DNA of 46,876 bases, counting the filler, from Catajapyx aquilonaris (taxonomy: Eukaryota): assembly GCA_000934665.2 (NCBI GenBank). It is 2 parts of 2 records of this genome, joined end to end, with 100 filler letters (N's around TTAATTAATTAA, not from the genome) between each part and the next. Parts side by side here need not be neighbours in the genome. Positions count along the whole stretch, not along the records: positions 1 to 23,401 come from JYFJ02005691.1; positions 23,502 to 46,876 come from JYFJ02005692.1. One strand, 5' to 3'. Of this stretch, positions 13,293-23,819 are shown piece after piece. Both the position numbers and the translations under genes were made by a program. The notes under the pieces were generated by a model. The model ran no database searches and was not told the origin of the DNA. It saw only the letters and a list, made by a program, of their open reading frames with translations. Each line of letters begins with the position of its first letter. The stretch's first letter is position 1.

Positions 13293-13529
13293 ATGATGAA
13301 GCTGGTAAGTTCTTTTTTGCAATTTTTTGGTGATCCGTGTCTTTATCCGTTGTCTTTATAGGTGATCGTCCTTGTTGCCATCATTGCTGTGGCTTCAGCC
13401 CAGCTGATTTACGGAGGTGCTGGCCTGCACACTCCTTTCTCCGCCAGCGCCCAGTCTGGCATCGTCCGCTATGGACCCACCGGTGGATACGGATTCGGCT
13501 ATCCTGCCTACGGACGCTTCTTCGGGTAA
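13293..13529 (+). CDS. Small secreted Gly/Tyr-rich peptide B, 59 aa: MMKL|VIVLVAIIAVASAQLIYGGAGLHTPFSASAQSGIVRYGPTGGYGFGYPAYGRFFG
   Basis: Exons 13293-13304 (ATG ATG AAG CTG|gtaagt) and 13362-13529 (tttatag|GTG ... TAA). TATAAATA at ~13199 and AATAAA at ~13575. Paralogous to peptide A. Confidence 0.87.
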
Positions 13530-13945
13530 ACATCTTCAAGCCAGAAAACCAGCATGATTCAGTCATCCCGAACAAATAAATATGTTCATTTCATGCTATC
13601 CGCTGCTTTTTTACTCAACGGACTTCCCAGTAAATAACCGCAACCCACCGATCTCCACCGTAGTGAAGGCGATTTACATGGAATACACTACAGTGTACGA
13701 CAGGGACAGAAAAAAAAAGGCAAACATGAAAAATGCACATATTCAGAATTTGCAGGTCTCATTATTCAAATACGCTAAAAGTACAGATCTGAAAAAAAAT
13801 GAAAAACTAACAGTTTCACGGCAGAACCTTCGCCATCGGAAAGGAAGGTTTCACCTCGCTGGCTGATCCCAACTATTGTGCAGAAGCCAATATGTTCAGT
13901 GGCTGACTAGCCGAACATTATATGCCCAGTTCAGAAGGCTAGGTT

Positions 13946-16798
13946 TCAGTTCATCACTTCCTGCAGTATGTCCTTTTTGTCTTCGAAATATTTTCTGAAC
14001 CACTCGATGAACTCCTTCTTCCTTTGTACAGTCAGATACGGGTTTTTGGACAGTGCCACGCAGACCAACTCCATGAAGTGTCTGATCGGCCCACTCTTTG
14101 GGCACCAGGGTTCAAGGTGAACTTCCATGAATACATGTTCGTGAAATCCAATCTTCTTCTCCTCATCCATACCTTGAAATACATAAGAAAATAATTTATG
14201 CATTTATTTTGTAACCAGTAAACTAATTCTAGCCAGGCAGCACATTTTTAGTAACTAGTAGTAGGTACTTTTCGGATACTTCTTCAGTACTCCGTAAAAA
14301 ATTTAAAACCATTAAAAATTGCGATTTAATTTTATTTCTCATCATTACCGCATTTTGTATTTGGTGCCATCACCTAGCAATGGCAATTACCGTTTGTAGA
14401 TCGTAATTGTTTCCATTTCTAGTATACGAAATGGAATATTAAGGCGTTTTGAATGTGTCTGTTTTCGGAGCGCACCATTTCGTTGTGAGCTTCCGGAATT
14501 GTGATACCACATCAACATGCCTAGCAAAGCTTGGCGTAAACGACACGTAGGAAAAGTCAAATACGCTGCTAAAAATAAAAACAGACCAAATGAACCTGCA
14601 AGCAGCATCGCAAGGCACACCAGGTGTCCAGGTATAACGCCCAGCACCGCGCGATGTACCATGAAAATTCCATAATGCCTTTACTTGATCCACAATTGAG
14701 ATGAGAAATCCTCGTATCCAGTTCTCCTGAGCCAATGTTGTACCTAACCAAGCTCTGAACCGCTCCGACCTTGGCTCCACTCTTCCCCTGAACTGGCTTG
14801 AACCAGAACCAAACTCCGACGCTTGCTCCGAACCCGGCTCTACTGCTCCGGAGCAGCTCTGATGTTATCAGGTTCACGGAACAAGGGTTCGGTTCACAAC
14901 CCTGGCATTTCCATGGAAAAAGAAAGAGTCGAAAGTTCCAGGGGTGCTTTTGGCAGAATGCCATTGCCTATAATTTGTCTAACAAAACTGTTACGTCACA
15001 GTCAGCATGTTAGGCTTGGTCCCCTATACGGTATTTGGGTTAACTTCTAGACGTTTCACTGAAATTCATCATGTAATTTGCTATTGTGTGGCGCAAAATG
15101 TGAAGTTCTTTAGGTTCCGTTTTATAAAATGAGGTTGCAAGTTAAGGGTTAACCATGATATGAACTATGAGTAAACAAGTCCTGCGTCTTCACCTTGTTC
15201 ATTATCAATGGGAAACTGCCAGAGCTTTCCTTGCTCCGTCAGCAGGATCATTTCCTCAAACCCGTGGGCAGGCGGCTGCGTTACAGACAGCTGAATCTCT
15301 CTCTCCTTTAGTCGGTCCCAAGTCTTCAGTGTGACTGGCTCCGACTCGCTCTTGGCCACCCAGTCAGCTGGGAATATCCCCAGTGGCTTGCTTCCGAAAA
15401 GGCTGACCTCTCTGGGTCCCTGACCAGGTTGTCGTCTGAAGTCACGCTGCTTGAACTCACGTGGACCCATCTCCTTACCTCCGTACTTCCTTGTGATCCT
15501 CTCACTGGCTTTGGGCTGCTCAACTTGCATACCTTCGAAAAGATTGCTGCCCCAAAAAACATTCAATCAATGTCCAGTTATTTAGCAAACGATTAGTAAC
15601 TCTTCGATTTTAAAATATGGTTTGAATCGTTGAAACTTGCTCTTTCAGCCAGTGCATAATTATTCGTTCTACATCAGACTGGAAAATTTTGCGTTATAAA
15701 AATTGTTATATGCAAGTGTGCGTAAATGCTTCAGTATTCGGCACCAAAAATGATGACCGTTTCAGTATTCGGCACCTTCAATTCGGCAGGGCCTTCAATG
15801 GTCGGGTCGCCGTAAGGTATTTCCCCAAAATGACATCAACTTTGAACATTTTAGAACATTTAGTTCCTTTTCCCCTCAAAAACCGGAGCCGATAGCATAC
15901 CTTAGAGTTATTGGTTTGGCAGCTTCCTTTTTGGCTTCCTCCGTCTCAACTGCATGGAACTTGAGACGTTGCAGAAGTTCAGATTCGGTCAGTTTGGGTT
16001 CTCCAGGCACAGCCTCCGACACATCTTTTGCAGCCGTTACAAGCTTAGGATCTGCGATGCATAAGTCAATAAATATTTTACGCCAAGAAAGCAACTTCGA
16101 TAATAAAATTACCAATAGTATCCATATACATCTTCGTCTCCTTACGTACAGCTTCACCCTTGGGTTTGCGTCTTGGCTTCGGTTTGGCCAAGTCCAGGCT
16201 AAAGTCTACATCAGCCGCAGCTTTTGGCTTGTCTGAATCCTACATCAAAATAAACACATAAAATGTCATGTTACGGGCTTAAACACGTTGTTGGTTGGTT
16301 GGTAGGAAGGGTTACCCAGCTTGTATGGCTCTGTCTGAGTCGGGCCTTGGCAGCCGGGGGGTAGGAGAGGAAGGTGTGGGATTGCAAGGTAGGGTGGGGG
16401 AGAGGAGGGCTGGCCCCGGCTGCACTGCAATGCCGGGTCCAACCCAGGGACGGGGGTGGCTTAAACACGTATAAATAGTTGTGCAATACTTTGATAATTG
16501 AAGCCAGCAGTTGTGAGAGCTTCTGCGACGCTTCCTTAGTCCTCTCCAGCTTCTTCCTTTCATCTTCTTCCTTCTCCTTCCTGGCCTTTCTCCTCACCTC
16601 ATCGTCGCTATCACTCCCTGAACCAGCAAACCTGATCTGCAAACCGCTGCTCCTGCACACCAAACCACAAAAAAATGTCACTCATTCTACAATACATTTC
16701 TATTAGAAATTTCACCATTTTTCGAGCCTCCCTGGTCCCCTTTTGGGCTTCAAAATTGCGAGGAAGCAACGGCCAACAGACATCATGGCCGCCGCCAT
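13946..16798 (-). CDS. mRpS31: Mitochondrial ribosomal protein S31 (mS31), 6 exons
   Basis: Exons 16716-16798, 16490-16652, 16146-16239, 15901-16051, 15194-15546 and 13946-14172 have GT-AG ends and consistent phases. Family motifs: [23 protein letters not shown] and FHEHVF...[21 protein letters not shown]. The N-terminus is basic and presequence-like. Confidence 0.95.
16289..16457 (-). mobile_element. 5'-truncated retroposon insertion in mRpS31 intron 2
   Basis: Flanked by a 13-bp direct repeat GGCTTAAACACGT (16276-16288 and 16458-16470), with an (ACCA)n tail on the minus strand. Confidence 0.8.
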
Positions 16799-17525
16799 TT
16801 TTTTTATTATAATTTTTTTGTTCGGCCAACAATTCAACGTAGCTGCTGACTGTAGCCGTTATTTGCTTAATATACGATATTGATTTGTACAGTACTGCAA
16901 TAATATCAAGTTGCCAAGCACAATAATGTTCTTGCTGGTTTGAAAAGCATGTCTAATTGCAGTACACGTACAGTACAGTACAGTACTAGTGTCTAACAGT
17001 AATTGCCTGAAAAGAACGGTTATTTTTTGCCGATAACAGCGTTTAAATGTGATTTTCAACTTCACGTGGTTCACATGCGTATCTAGGACTCATGTGTTTA
17101 AACAGATTTAACATATAAAGTGCCACAATTGCTGTATAATTACGTACAGAGACAAATCGGAATATTAACATGTGACATAATGTGACATAACAGTCGCATC
17201 AAGAGGCGCATGCGCCACTTTAGACCCGCCGTGTGACGTTTCAAACCACGCAATAAGGTCCGCCATATTTGATAAAGTCATTCACATTTTGACTGAATTA
17301 GGTGGGGTGTTACTCGCTTTAAAATTTAATCTTTCTTTTTTAAAAATCCAGCGTGCATTTACGCATAGAATATTCCAGTGCAGCTTCGGATGTAAGCGGG
17401 TCCAATCCGGCCCGAATTTAACGTTAACCTACCCGCGCGCCATCTGCTCCAAGCGGTGGGGGAACGGACATTGGAACGAAAAAAAAAGAAAAAAAAAAAG
17501 GAATTCGAAAATCGAATAATAAAAG
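16799..17525. promoter_or_regulatory. Bidirectional promoter region between mRpS31 and the 635-aa gene
   Basis: The start codons are head-to-head ~730 bp apart. GCGCATGCGC (NRF1/Ewg) at 17206-17215 and YY1-like CCGCCATATT at ~17260. Confidence 0.6.
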
Positions 17526-20500
17526 ATGGAGAGTCTGGACGGGGAGGATCGGAAGACTCTCCGTTCCTTCTACTCCATTTCGGACCCTCTGGAGGCCCAG
17601 TTCGAGGACCTGGATCCCCTGGTGAGGCTGGACGTCTACAGGAAGGTCCTCTACGTGTACGACTCCTCCTGGTTCGTCCCCCCTGAAGAGCCTTGTGCAG
17701 GCCCAGTCTGGAAGCAGATCCACAAGTGAGAGAGAAGCGCCATTCCTATATATGGGATCGATACCAAGGGGGGAAAACTCTTCCAACAAAAGGGGAGAAA
17801 CGTAGTGTGCGTGACAGAAGAAGAAAACCCCTTTCGATTAGTCCCCCTCACTCTTTATATAGGCCAACAACGGGTGTGCTCCATAATAACTCATATTGTC
17901 GTGGCGTTGCGCATTTGGAGGTAACGCAATACGCATTGAAAGAAATATGAACGCAATGAGCATGGAAAGAAAATGCGTGTACGCAACGCATTTAAAGAAA
18001 TAGGCAGAAAACACACACGATTTGTAGCATTAAAAGGCTAAGTTTGTTTGCTTGTTTGGCCATTTCGTACCCATTTGATGCCTGACAGTTACGCAGAGAA
18101 TGTTTGTAAAAAGCAATAGTTTGTTGGCCATTTTCATACCCATTTCGTGGCTGTGAGAAGAACGAAGGATATGTAAAAGAATAAAAAATAAAAGTATTCA
18201 AATTATTGTAATAACAAACAAAATTGTTAAAACTATAATAATAACATATAGTTCATATTTTGGGTTAGCTTGTGGCTCCAGTCATCGCTGGCTACCCCTT
18301 ATAGGGAAATGTGATGATGATGATAATAATAACAACAAATAAAATTGTTAAAATTATAATAATAACAAACAAAATTATTAAAATTATAATAACACAAAAT
18401 TGTTACAATTCTAATAATAACAAACAAATATTATCGAAATCAATGTAATAACAAATTAGATTATTGAAATTATAATAATAACATAAAATTATTAAAATAT
18501 TGAATAAAATTATTAAAAATAAAGGAATTTGTAACCTTTTGCTTGTTGACCATTTCGTACCCATTTTATGTACCTGTTTCATGTCCGTGAGAAGAATGAA
18601 GAGTAAGGATATGCTTGTTTGGCCGTTTTGTACCGATTTCATGCCGATTTTATGGCCATATGTACCCATTTTATACTAATACAAAGAACAGTTCCCTGCT
18701 AGTTTAAAAATTAAAGGCCGAATCTTCGACGTATTGTGCAAACCTGTGGGAGGGGTGCGCAAACGGGCTGCCCGTTTGCGCGCCCCTCGCGCAGGTTTGC
18801 GCGATACGTTGAAGATTCGGCCCTAAATCGCAAGTTGCGTTAAATGGCAATCAGTGCATTTACATGTTTCATGTCATTGCAGATGGATCAACCTGATGGG
18901 TGTGGGCCACTTGGCGCCCAAACGGGAGCACTTGCAGGGAAAGCGGGCACCCAGACTCCTGTCCGAGATGCTGAAGGTGATCGACCGCAAGCTGAAGCCG
19001 AACCAGATCTGCTCCAAGATACGGGTGGTAAGTGGCTGTGTGTTAACCACTTTTATTGCGTTACATTGCGCCCTTTTTTTGGTAGCTGGAAAAGAAGCTG
19101 GGGAAGCAGCAAGCGGGGCGGACTGAAAGCCACGAGTCAAAGGAGGTTGAGGTTGACAAGGAGAATGATCCGCCGGAAGCGAAAGGGAGCGGAGCGGAGG
19201 AGGAGGACACTGGCGGAGGCAGGCAGTATCGCAGGGTGTCACTGAACAAGACCTTCATCGTTGACCCCAAGACCAGCTACTTGGTGCTGAAGAAGCAGGA
19301 ACAGAAGATCAGACGTGAGACCAGGTCTGAGGATGCGGCCAGTCCAAACTTAATCCCCACTGGACGGCAACTTCCGAGGACACCGCCGCGCAAAGGGGAC
19401 GGAAGCTCATCCGAGAGAACCTCGCCTGAAGGAGCATCCCCGGAGTTGTCGCACAACGAATCATGCGATCCAACCGAGCAGAAATGTTCAACACCAGTGA
19501 GCAATCAGCCTGAAGAGGTAATTGCTACTCTTTGCGAAATTAAGGACAGGATTTAATTGTGCTTTTTTTTTTAAAGGATGCGGACAGAGAGGTTGACGAC
19601 AATGCGGAGGTGCAATCATCGCAGGAAGAGGAGGACACATTTTCGTACAGCGCAAGGTCATTCGATACTCATCCGGCACCCGTCCAAAGCTCACCTCCAT
19701 TGGCCTGGCCTCGTGGCCGCTCCTCCAACTTCCCAGCCAACCTGACATCATTCGAGCTGCTCCCTGCAATTGAACCATCCGTAACCGCCTTGCAAAACTT
19801 GATCCCAAAGGGAAAGGAAATTCCACGCACACCTGCACCTGGGATGCACCCTCGCTTCTCCATCGAATCAGACGAATCGGTTTCTCCAATATCGGAGGAG
19901 ATCGAAGGAGGCATTTCCGAGGCGTCTTCCAGTTTGCCCTCCGCATTTTCCGTCACAGAAACATGCATGACAGTCGATAGCCAGACGACGGCCACTGACA
20001 CTGAATCGGAAATCCCGGAGGAGAGCCTATTGGAGCGACTAAAGGCGGATCCGAAGCCGGAGCCGAAAGAAGAACCAGCAGAAAGTATCGACCGGAAGCC
20101 GGAACCGAAACTGAAGCCATTAAAGCTGAAAATGGAGGAAGGTCTTGGCGACACGCAGACAAGGCGGAAGCGCAACAATGCAGCGCAACGTAACAATGTG
20201 GCTAAGCGTGGAAAGGGACGGTGCAAGAAGGAAGAGTCGAGCGATGAAGTTAAGGAAGTGGCTGCACCTCCTGTAGGTAAGGAAGTGGCTGCATCTCCCG
20301 AAGTGAAGGAAGTGCCTGCACCTCCTGAAGTGAAACATGCGGCTGCACCTCCCGAACTGAAGATTGCAGCGGCTCCGAAGGTACGAACTCGCAGAAAGAA
20401 ACCGGCTAAGGTTGAAGCGGATTTATCGGAGACGTTGCCTGAACCGGAGGTAGCGAGTAGCACAAAGCGGCGGACTAGGAGACGAAAGGATGCTGCGGAA

Positions 20501-20768
20501 GAGGTGCCTGAGGCGGAGTCTCCCGCTGCGACTCTGGACGAACCGAAAGCTGAGCCGGAACAGCCTTTGGTTGTAGAAGCACGATCGTACAGGTTTCGGT
20601 CACGGAAAAAGGTCGACTACGCGGAGGAAAGCCCTGAGCAGAACAGGCGGGCTACAAAGAACAAAGGACGGAAGGTACGTCATCATTTCAATCGCACATG
20701 TTGACAGTATGATACAACAATATTTCTCGTTTCAGGCAAAACACAAGCCGAACACAGATTCCAACTGA
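17526..20768 (+). CDS. Uncharacterised ~635-aa protein: small folded N-terminal domain plus long acidic/basic disordered region, 5 exons
   Basis: Exons 17526-17725, 18883-19027, 19086-19517, 19577-20674 and 20736-20768 splice in frame with GT-AG ends (1908 nt). Several basic NLS-like clusters and SP/TP sites. Confidence 0.8.
18190..18520. repeat. AT-rich minisatellite, ~30-bp unit (AATAACAAACAAAATTGTTAAAATTATAAT)
   Basis: Several degenerate copies in intron 1 of the 635-aa gene. Confidence 0.8.
18715..18823. mobile_element. 109-bp fold-back MITE, PIF/Harbinger (Tourist)-like
   Basis: The whole element is a near-perfect palindrome with ends RGGCCGAATCTTC...GAAGATTCGGCCC, and TAA lies on both sides (18712-18714, 18824-18826). 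Confidence 0.8.
20246..20380 (+). repeat. Coding tandem repeat, 27 bp x 5 (EVKEVAAPP-like)
   Basis: EVKEVAAPP VGKEVAASP EVKEVPAPP EVKHAAAPP ELKIAAAPK. Confidence 0.85.
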
Positions 20769-21413
20769 TATTATAAGAAACGCAGCATTGTACAAAAGAT
20801 TCTTACCAGGGAGAAACTGTGATTTCGACACATTCCCTAAGTTACGGTGTAAAATGAATCTCTCACAGTTTTAAAAAGTTATTTATATGCAATTTTAGTG
20901 AGCAATAATAGGAACACTTTAGGACTTAATCTATTATATGGAAAATACACAAGTTTTTTTTTGTATAATCATTGCATTTAACACTATTTACAGGAGAGCA
21001 GGTGTGCAATAAAAAAAGACGTAAATTTATTTAAAATATTAAACCCAATTTTTGCAAAATATAAAAATCACTGTTTGGGAAGTTATTTTTATATTACTGT
21101 GTGTAAAGTGTGATTTTAACCTGTCTGCATTATTTATAGAAAAAAAATAAAATTGCGAAAGGTATTTTCTCAGACGTTACTTTCCCAATATTATTCCTGC
21201 TCCAAATTTTCTCTGATAATTTACTTTCCCAATATAATTTTTCTTCCCGCGCCTTTGTTCCCGCCTAAAGTCCGATCATTGCTTCGCCTGCACGGAGAGT
21301 CACTTCGTCAAACTACCGCTTGTTCTCATCGGAACTCATGATGCTTGTAGCACCGAAAACATTTTAAACATTTTAAAAACCTGGCCGAGATAAACTAAAC
21401 ATAACGATAAAAA

Positions 21414-21709
21414 CCGAAGCAGTTTGGAGTAGGGGATATGGTGTCCGACTGCTAATCGGGAGGTCCTAGGATCAAATCCTGGGGCCGGCAACTCTGACCG
21501 TGGTTTTCTGTGGTTTCCCACGGTCCTTCCAGGAAAATTCCGGAGTTGCTTCCGTAATTAATAGGCCACAGCCGCTTCCTTCCTTCCCTATCCTATCCCA
21601 AAAAGCGCAGTAAAATGAAAGCAAAGAGTTCCAGGCAAAAAAAAAAACTTCCCCCCTAAAGAGCCGATAGGCTGATAACGGGGTATGAATTATTATAATA
21701 ATTATTATT
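21414..21709 (+). mobile_element. Full-length tRNA-derived SINE (family 1)
   Basis: A/B-box-like head (TGGAGTAGGGG ... GGATCAAATCC), a central block GGTTTTCTGTGGTTTCCC...TAGGCCACAGCCGCTTCCTTCC resembling a conserved arthropod SINE core, an (ATT)n tail and a 16-bp TSD AACATAACGATAAAAA (21398-21413, 21710-21725). Confidence 0.9.
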
Positions 21710-22014
21710 AACATAACGATAAAAAACTACAAAAAAACAATATTTTCTGGAAAGCTCCTGGGTATTTCAAACCCTTGTTTCAAATCGCCGGAAGTAAATG
21801 ATATGTCCTTTTAAATCCACATCAAAATTTTAGAAAATGGAATCGTGTTTTAAAGAAATACCAAGCCTTCAAAAATGCACTTTAGTCGAAATTAATATAT
21901 TACTGGCACTGATATTTCACATATGCTTTCTTGAAATGAGAAGGAACAGCTATAGTTATAATGCCTTATAATCCTGCAGTGGCACTACAACTTCCAAGAG
22001 GTGGGTATCTGCTG

Positions 22015-22099
22015 GTGGCTGGTAGGCGAATGGTTTACGTCGCCGCGTGGAAATTCTAAGGTCCCAGGTTCGATCCCGGAGAGTCGCGACATTTTTTTT
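22015..22099 (+). pseudogene. Degenerate tRNA-like sequence with Pol III terminator
   Basis: A box TAGGCGAATGG, B box GGTTCGATCCC, D-stem pairs, then a T8 run. The anticodon and acceptor stems do not pair. Confidence 0.55.
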
Positions 22100-22387
22100 C
22101 TTCTCTCTCCATTAAATAAGTGAGATAGAAGTTGCAAATGTAATAAAAATACCGCCTGTCCTGGGAAGGGGGTAGAGGTGGGGGGGGGGGGGATAAGGAG
22201 ACACTTGAAAGAGACAAGGTGTAGAGGCCAATCCAATCTAAAATCGCGTCGACGATCTGCGCATCACCACCCACAGCGGAAGCGGGTGGGGATTTATTTT
22301 ATTTTATTTATCCAGAGCATAAGCCACGATGCAGTGATGCTATCAGCAGTCGCATTTTAATATCTATATCATAAGAAAAAGAGGAAG

Positions 22388-22470
22388 AAAAAAAAGTGCG
22401 CCGAAGAGGTATCGAACGACCGTCCTCCCGATCCCGAGGAGGTGACCATAACCACTCGGCTACGCCATGT
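22388..22470 (-). pseudogene. Degenerate tRNA-like sequence with Pol III terminator
   Basis: Minus strand: TAGCCGAGTGG A box, GTTCGATACC B box, then a T-run. The T-stem and acceptor stem are broken. Confidence 0.55.
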
Positions 22471-23124
22471 CCACACCGATTTCCGGCCAACAGGGACTGC
22501 TACATTTGGCTAGGGGCATCATAGAGAGATTATACTGTATATCCATGTACTGTGCTGTGTACAGTCTCATTACGAAAGCTCCGACAGATGGAGACTGAGG
22601 TAGTAGGGCCTGCCTCTGACCAAAAACCTAATATTAGGGACTTTCAGGTCAAAGGTCAGCCTGCAACAAACCATTGAAAATGACCTAAAAATTGTGCCGA
22701 ATCATTTGCATATGCTGGTGATTTTATTGGACCTATAGTTAAATTTCTGGGAGCTAATTATTGGGGGGTGATAGGTTTGAGAATGGAACTCCCTGGTATA
22801 AGACAAATGTAGGGACTATGGGGTGTGTAGGGTGGGGGCTGCCGGGATGGACAACACAAGCGAAGCCGCCAGAATCATTTAATTGACTTTTTATTATTTT
22901 GACTTTTTTCTTCGAAAAAAGTGACCGCCCCCTCACATTAAGCAGGTGTCTTTAAAATTTCCAAAAAAAATTCTCTCCCCCCCCCTCTTCCTCTCCACCC
23001 CTCCCCCCCTCCACATCCTCCACATCCTCCAAGTCTCAACTCGGAAGATGTTTCGGTTACAGAATTGCACAAGTCGCCATCTTGGCCAGAGATGTCGGCT
23101 GCAAATTTTTTTTTCTGGCTCTCT

Positions 23125-23200
23125 ACCGTGGAGACCTGGGATTTGAACCCGCATCTCCCGATTGGGAGTCTGATGCGCTACCTCTGAGCCACGCTCAGCT
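23125..23200 (-). pseudogene. Degenerate tRNA-like sequence (CCC anticodon, Gly-like) or SINE head
   Basis: Minus strand TGGCTCAGAGG ... CTCCCAA loop ... GGTTCAAATCCC, with mismatched stems. Confidence 0.55.
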
Positions 23201-23401
23201 GCAACGAGGGTGTGAGTGTTGGAAGGGTCTAGCCTATTTACCAGATGCAGTATGCCCTAAACCGCTCTTAATTTTGGTTTAAACCGGGCGCCAATGACAG
23301 GGGATCAAAAGACCGCAGGAGGTAGGAAGCCAGCTGCGGGATCGAAAATGTCTGCCTTGCATACCCTCCATTTTGGGTCAATAGCCTGCTACCTCTTGCG
23401 C

Positions 23402-23501
23402 NNNNNNNNNNNNNNNNNNNNNNNNNNNNNNNNNNNNNNNNNNNNTTAATTAATTAANNNNNNNNNNNNNNNNNNNNNNNNNNNNNNNNNNNNNNNNNNN
23501 N
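23402..23501. other. Assembly gap with artificial six-frame-stop spacer
   Basis: 44 N + TTAATTAATTAA (23446-23457) + 44 N = exactly 100 bases. Confidence 0.93.
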
Positions 23502-23681
23502 GATGGGGCAAAGACCAAGAAGGCGGCCTCCAAGCCGAAGAAGACTCCCGCTGCCAAGCCCAAGAAGTCCCCGGCCAAGGCCACCAAACCCAAGACCCCC
23601 AAGGAGCCGAAGACTCTGAAGCCCAAGAAGGCTGCAGCCAAGAAGACCACCAAGAAGGCCCCAGCACCCAAGAAGAAGTAA
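23502..23681 (+). CDS. His1: Histone H1, C-terminal tail (5' part lost in the gap)
   Basis: DGAKTKKAASKPKKTPAAKPKKSPAKATKPKTPKEPKTLKPKKAAAKKTTKKAPAPKKK*: K/A/P-rich with S/TPxK motifs, followed by the histone stem-loop. Confidence 0.9.
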   Translation, partial: DGAKTKKAASKPKKTPAAKPKKSPAKATKPKTPKEPKTLKPKKAAAKKTTKKAPAPKKK

Positions 23682-23782
23682 ATTGCTCCCGATGATGCGA
23701 GGGGAGTAGGACGACGATGGCAGGCCGACCCACCACCTTTCGGCCTGGAGCAAAGGAGATTATAGAAGGACTATCAAAAAAC

Positions 23783-23819
23783 GGCCCTTTTCAGGGCCAC
23801 CCAAATTAATCAGAAAGAG
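23783..23819 (+). promoter_or_regulatory. Replication-dependent histone 3' stem-loop and downstream element
   Basis: AAAAAC-GGCCCT-TTTC-AGGGCC-ACCCA (stem-loop 23783-23798) and purine-rich CAGAAAGAG at 23811-23819. Confidence 0.95.

Noticed and set aside
14387..15050. Overlapping short ORFs in mRpS31 intron 5
   Set aside because: Intronic, inconsistent frames, no recognisable domain.
19669..20463. 264-aa antisense ORF
   Set aside because: Shadow of the low-complexity sense exon; no independent features.
20580..20660. Shugoshin call for the 635-aa gene
   Set aside because: Lacks the N-terminal PP2A-binding coiled coil and the P.L..KLR part of the SGO motif.
22015..23200. Functional tRNA genes
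   Set aside because: Acceptor, anticodon or T stems fail to pair in all three candidates.
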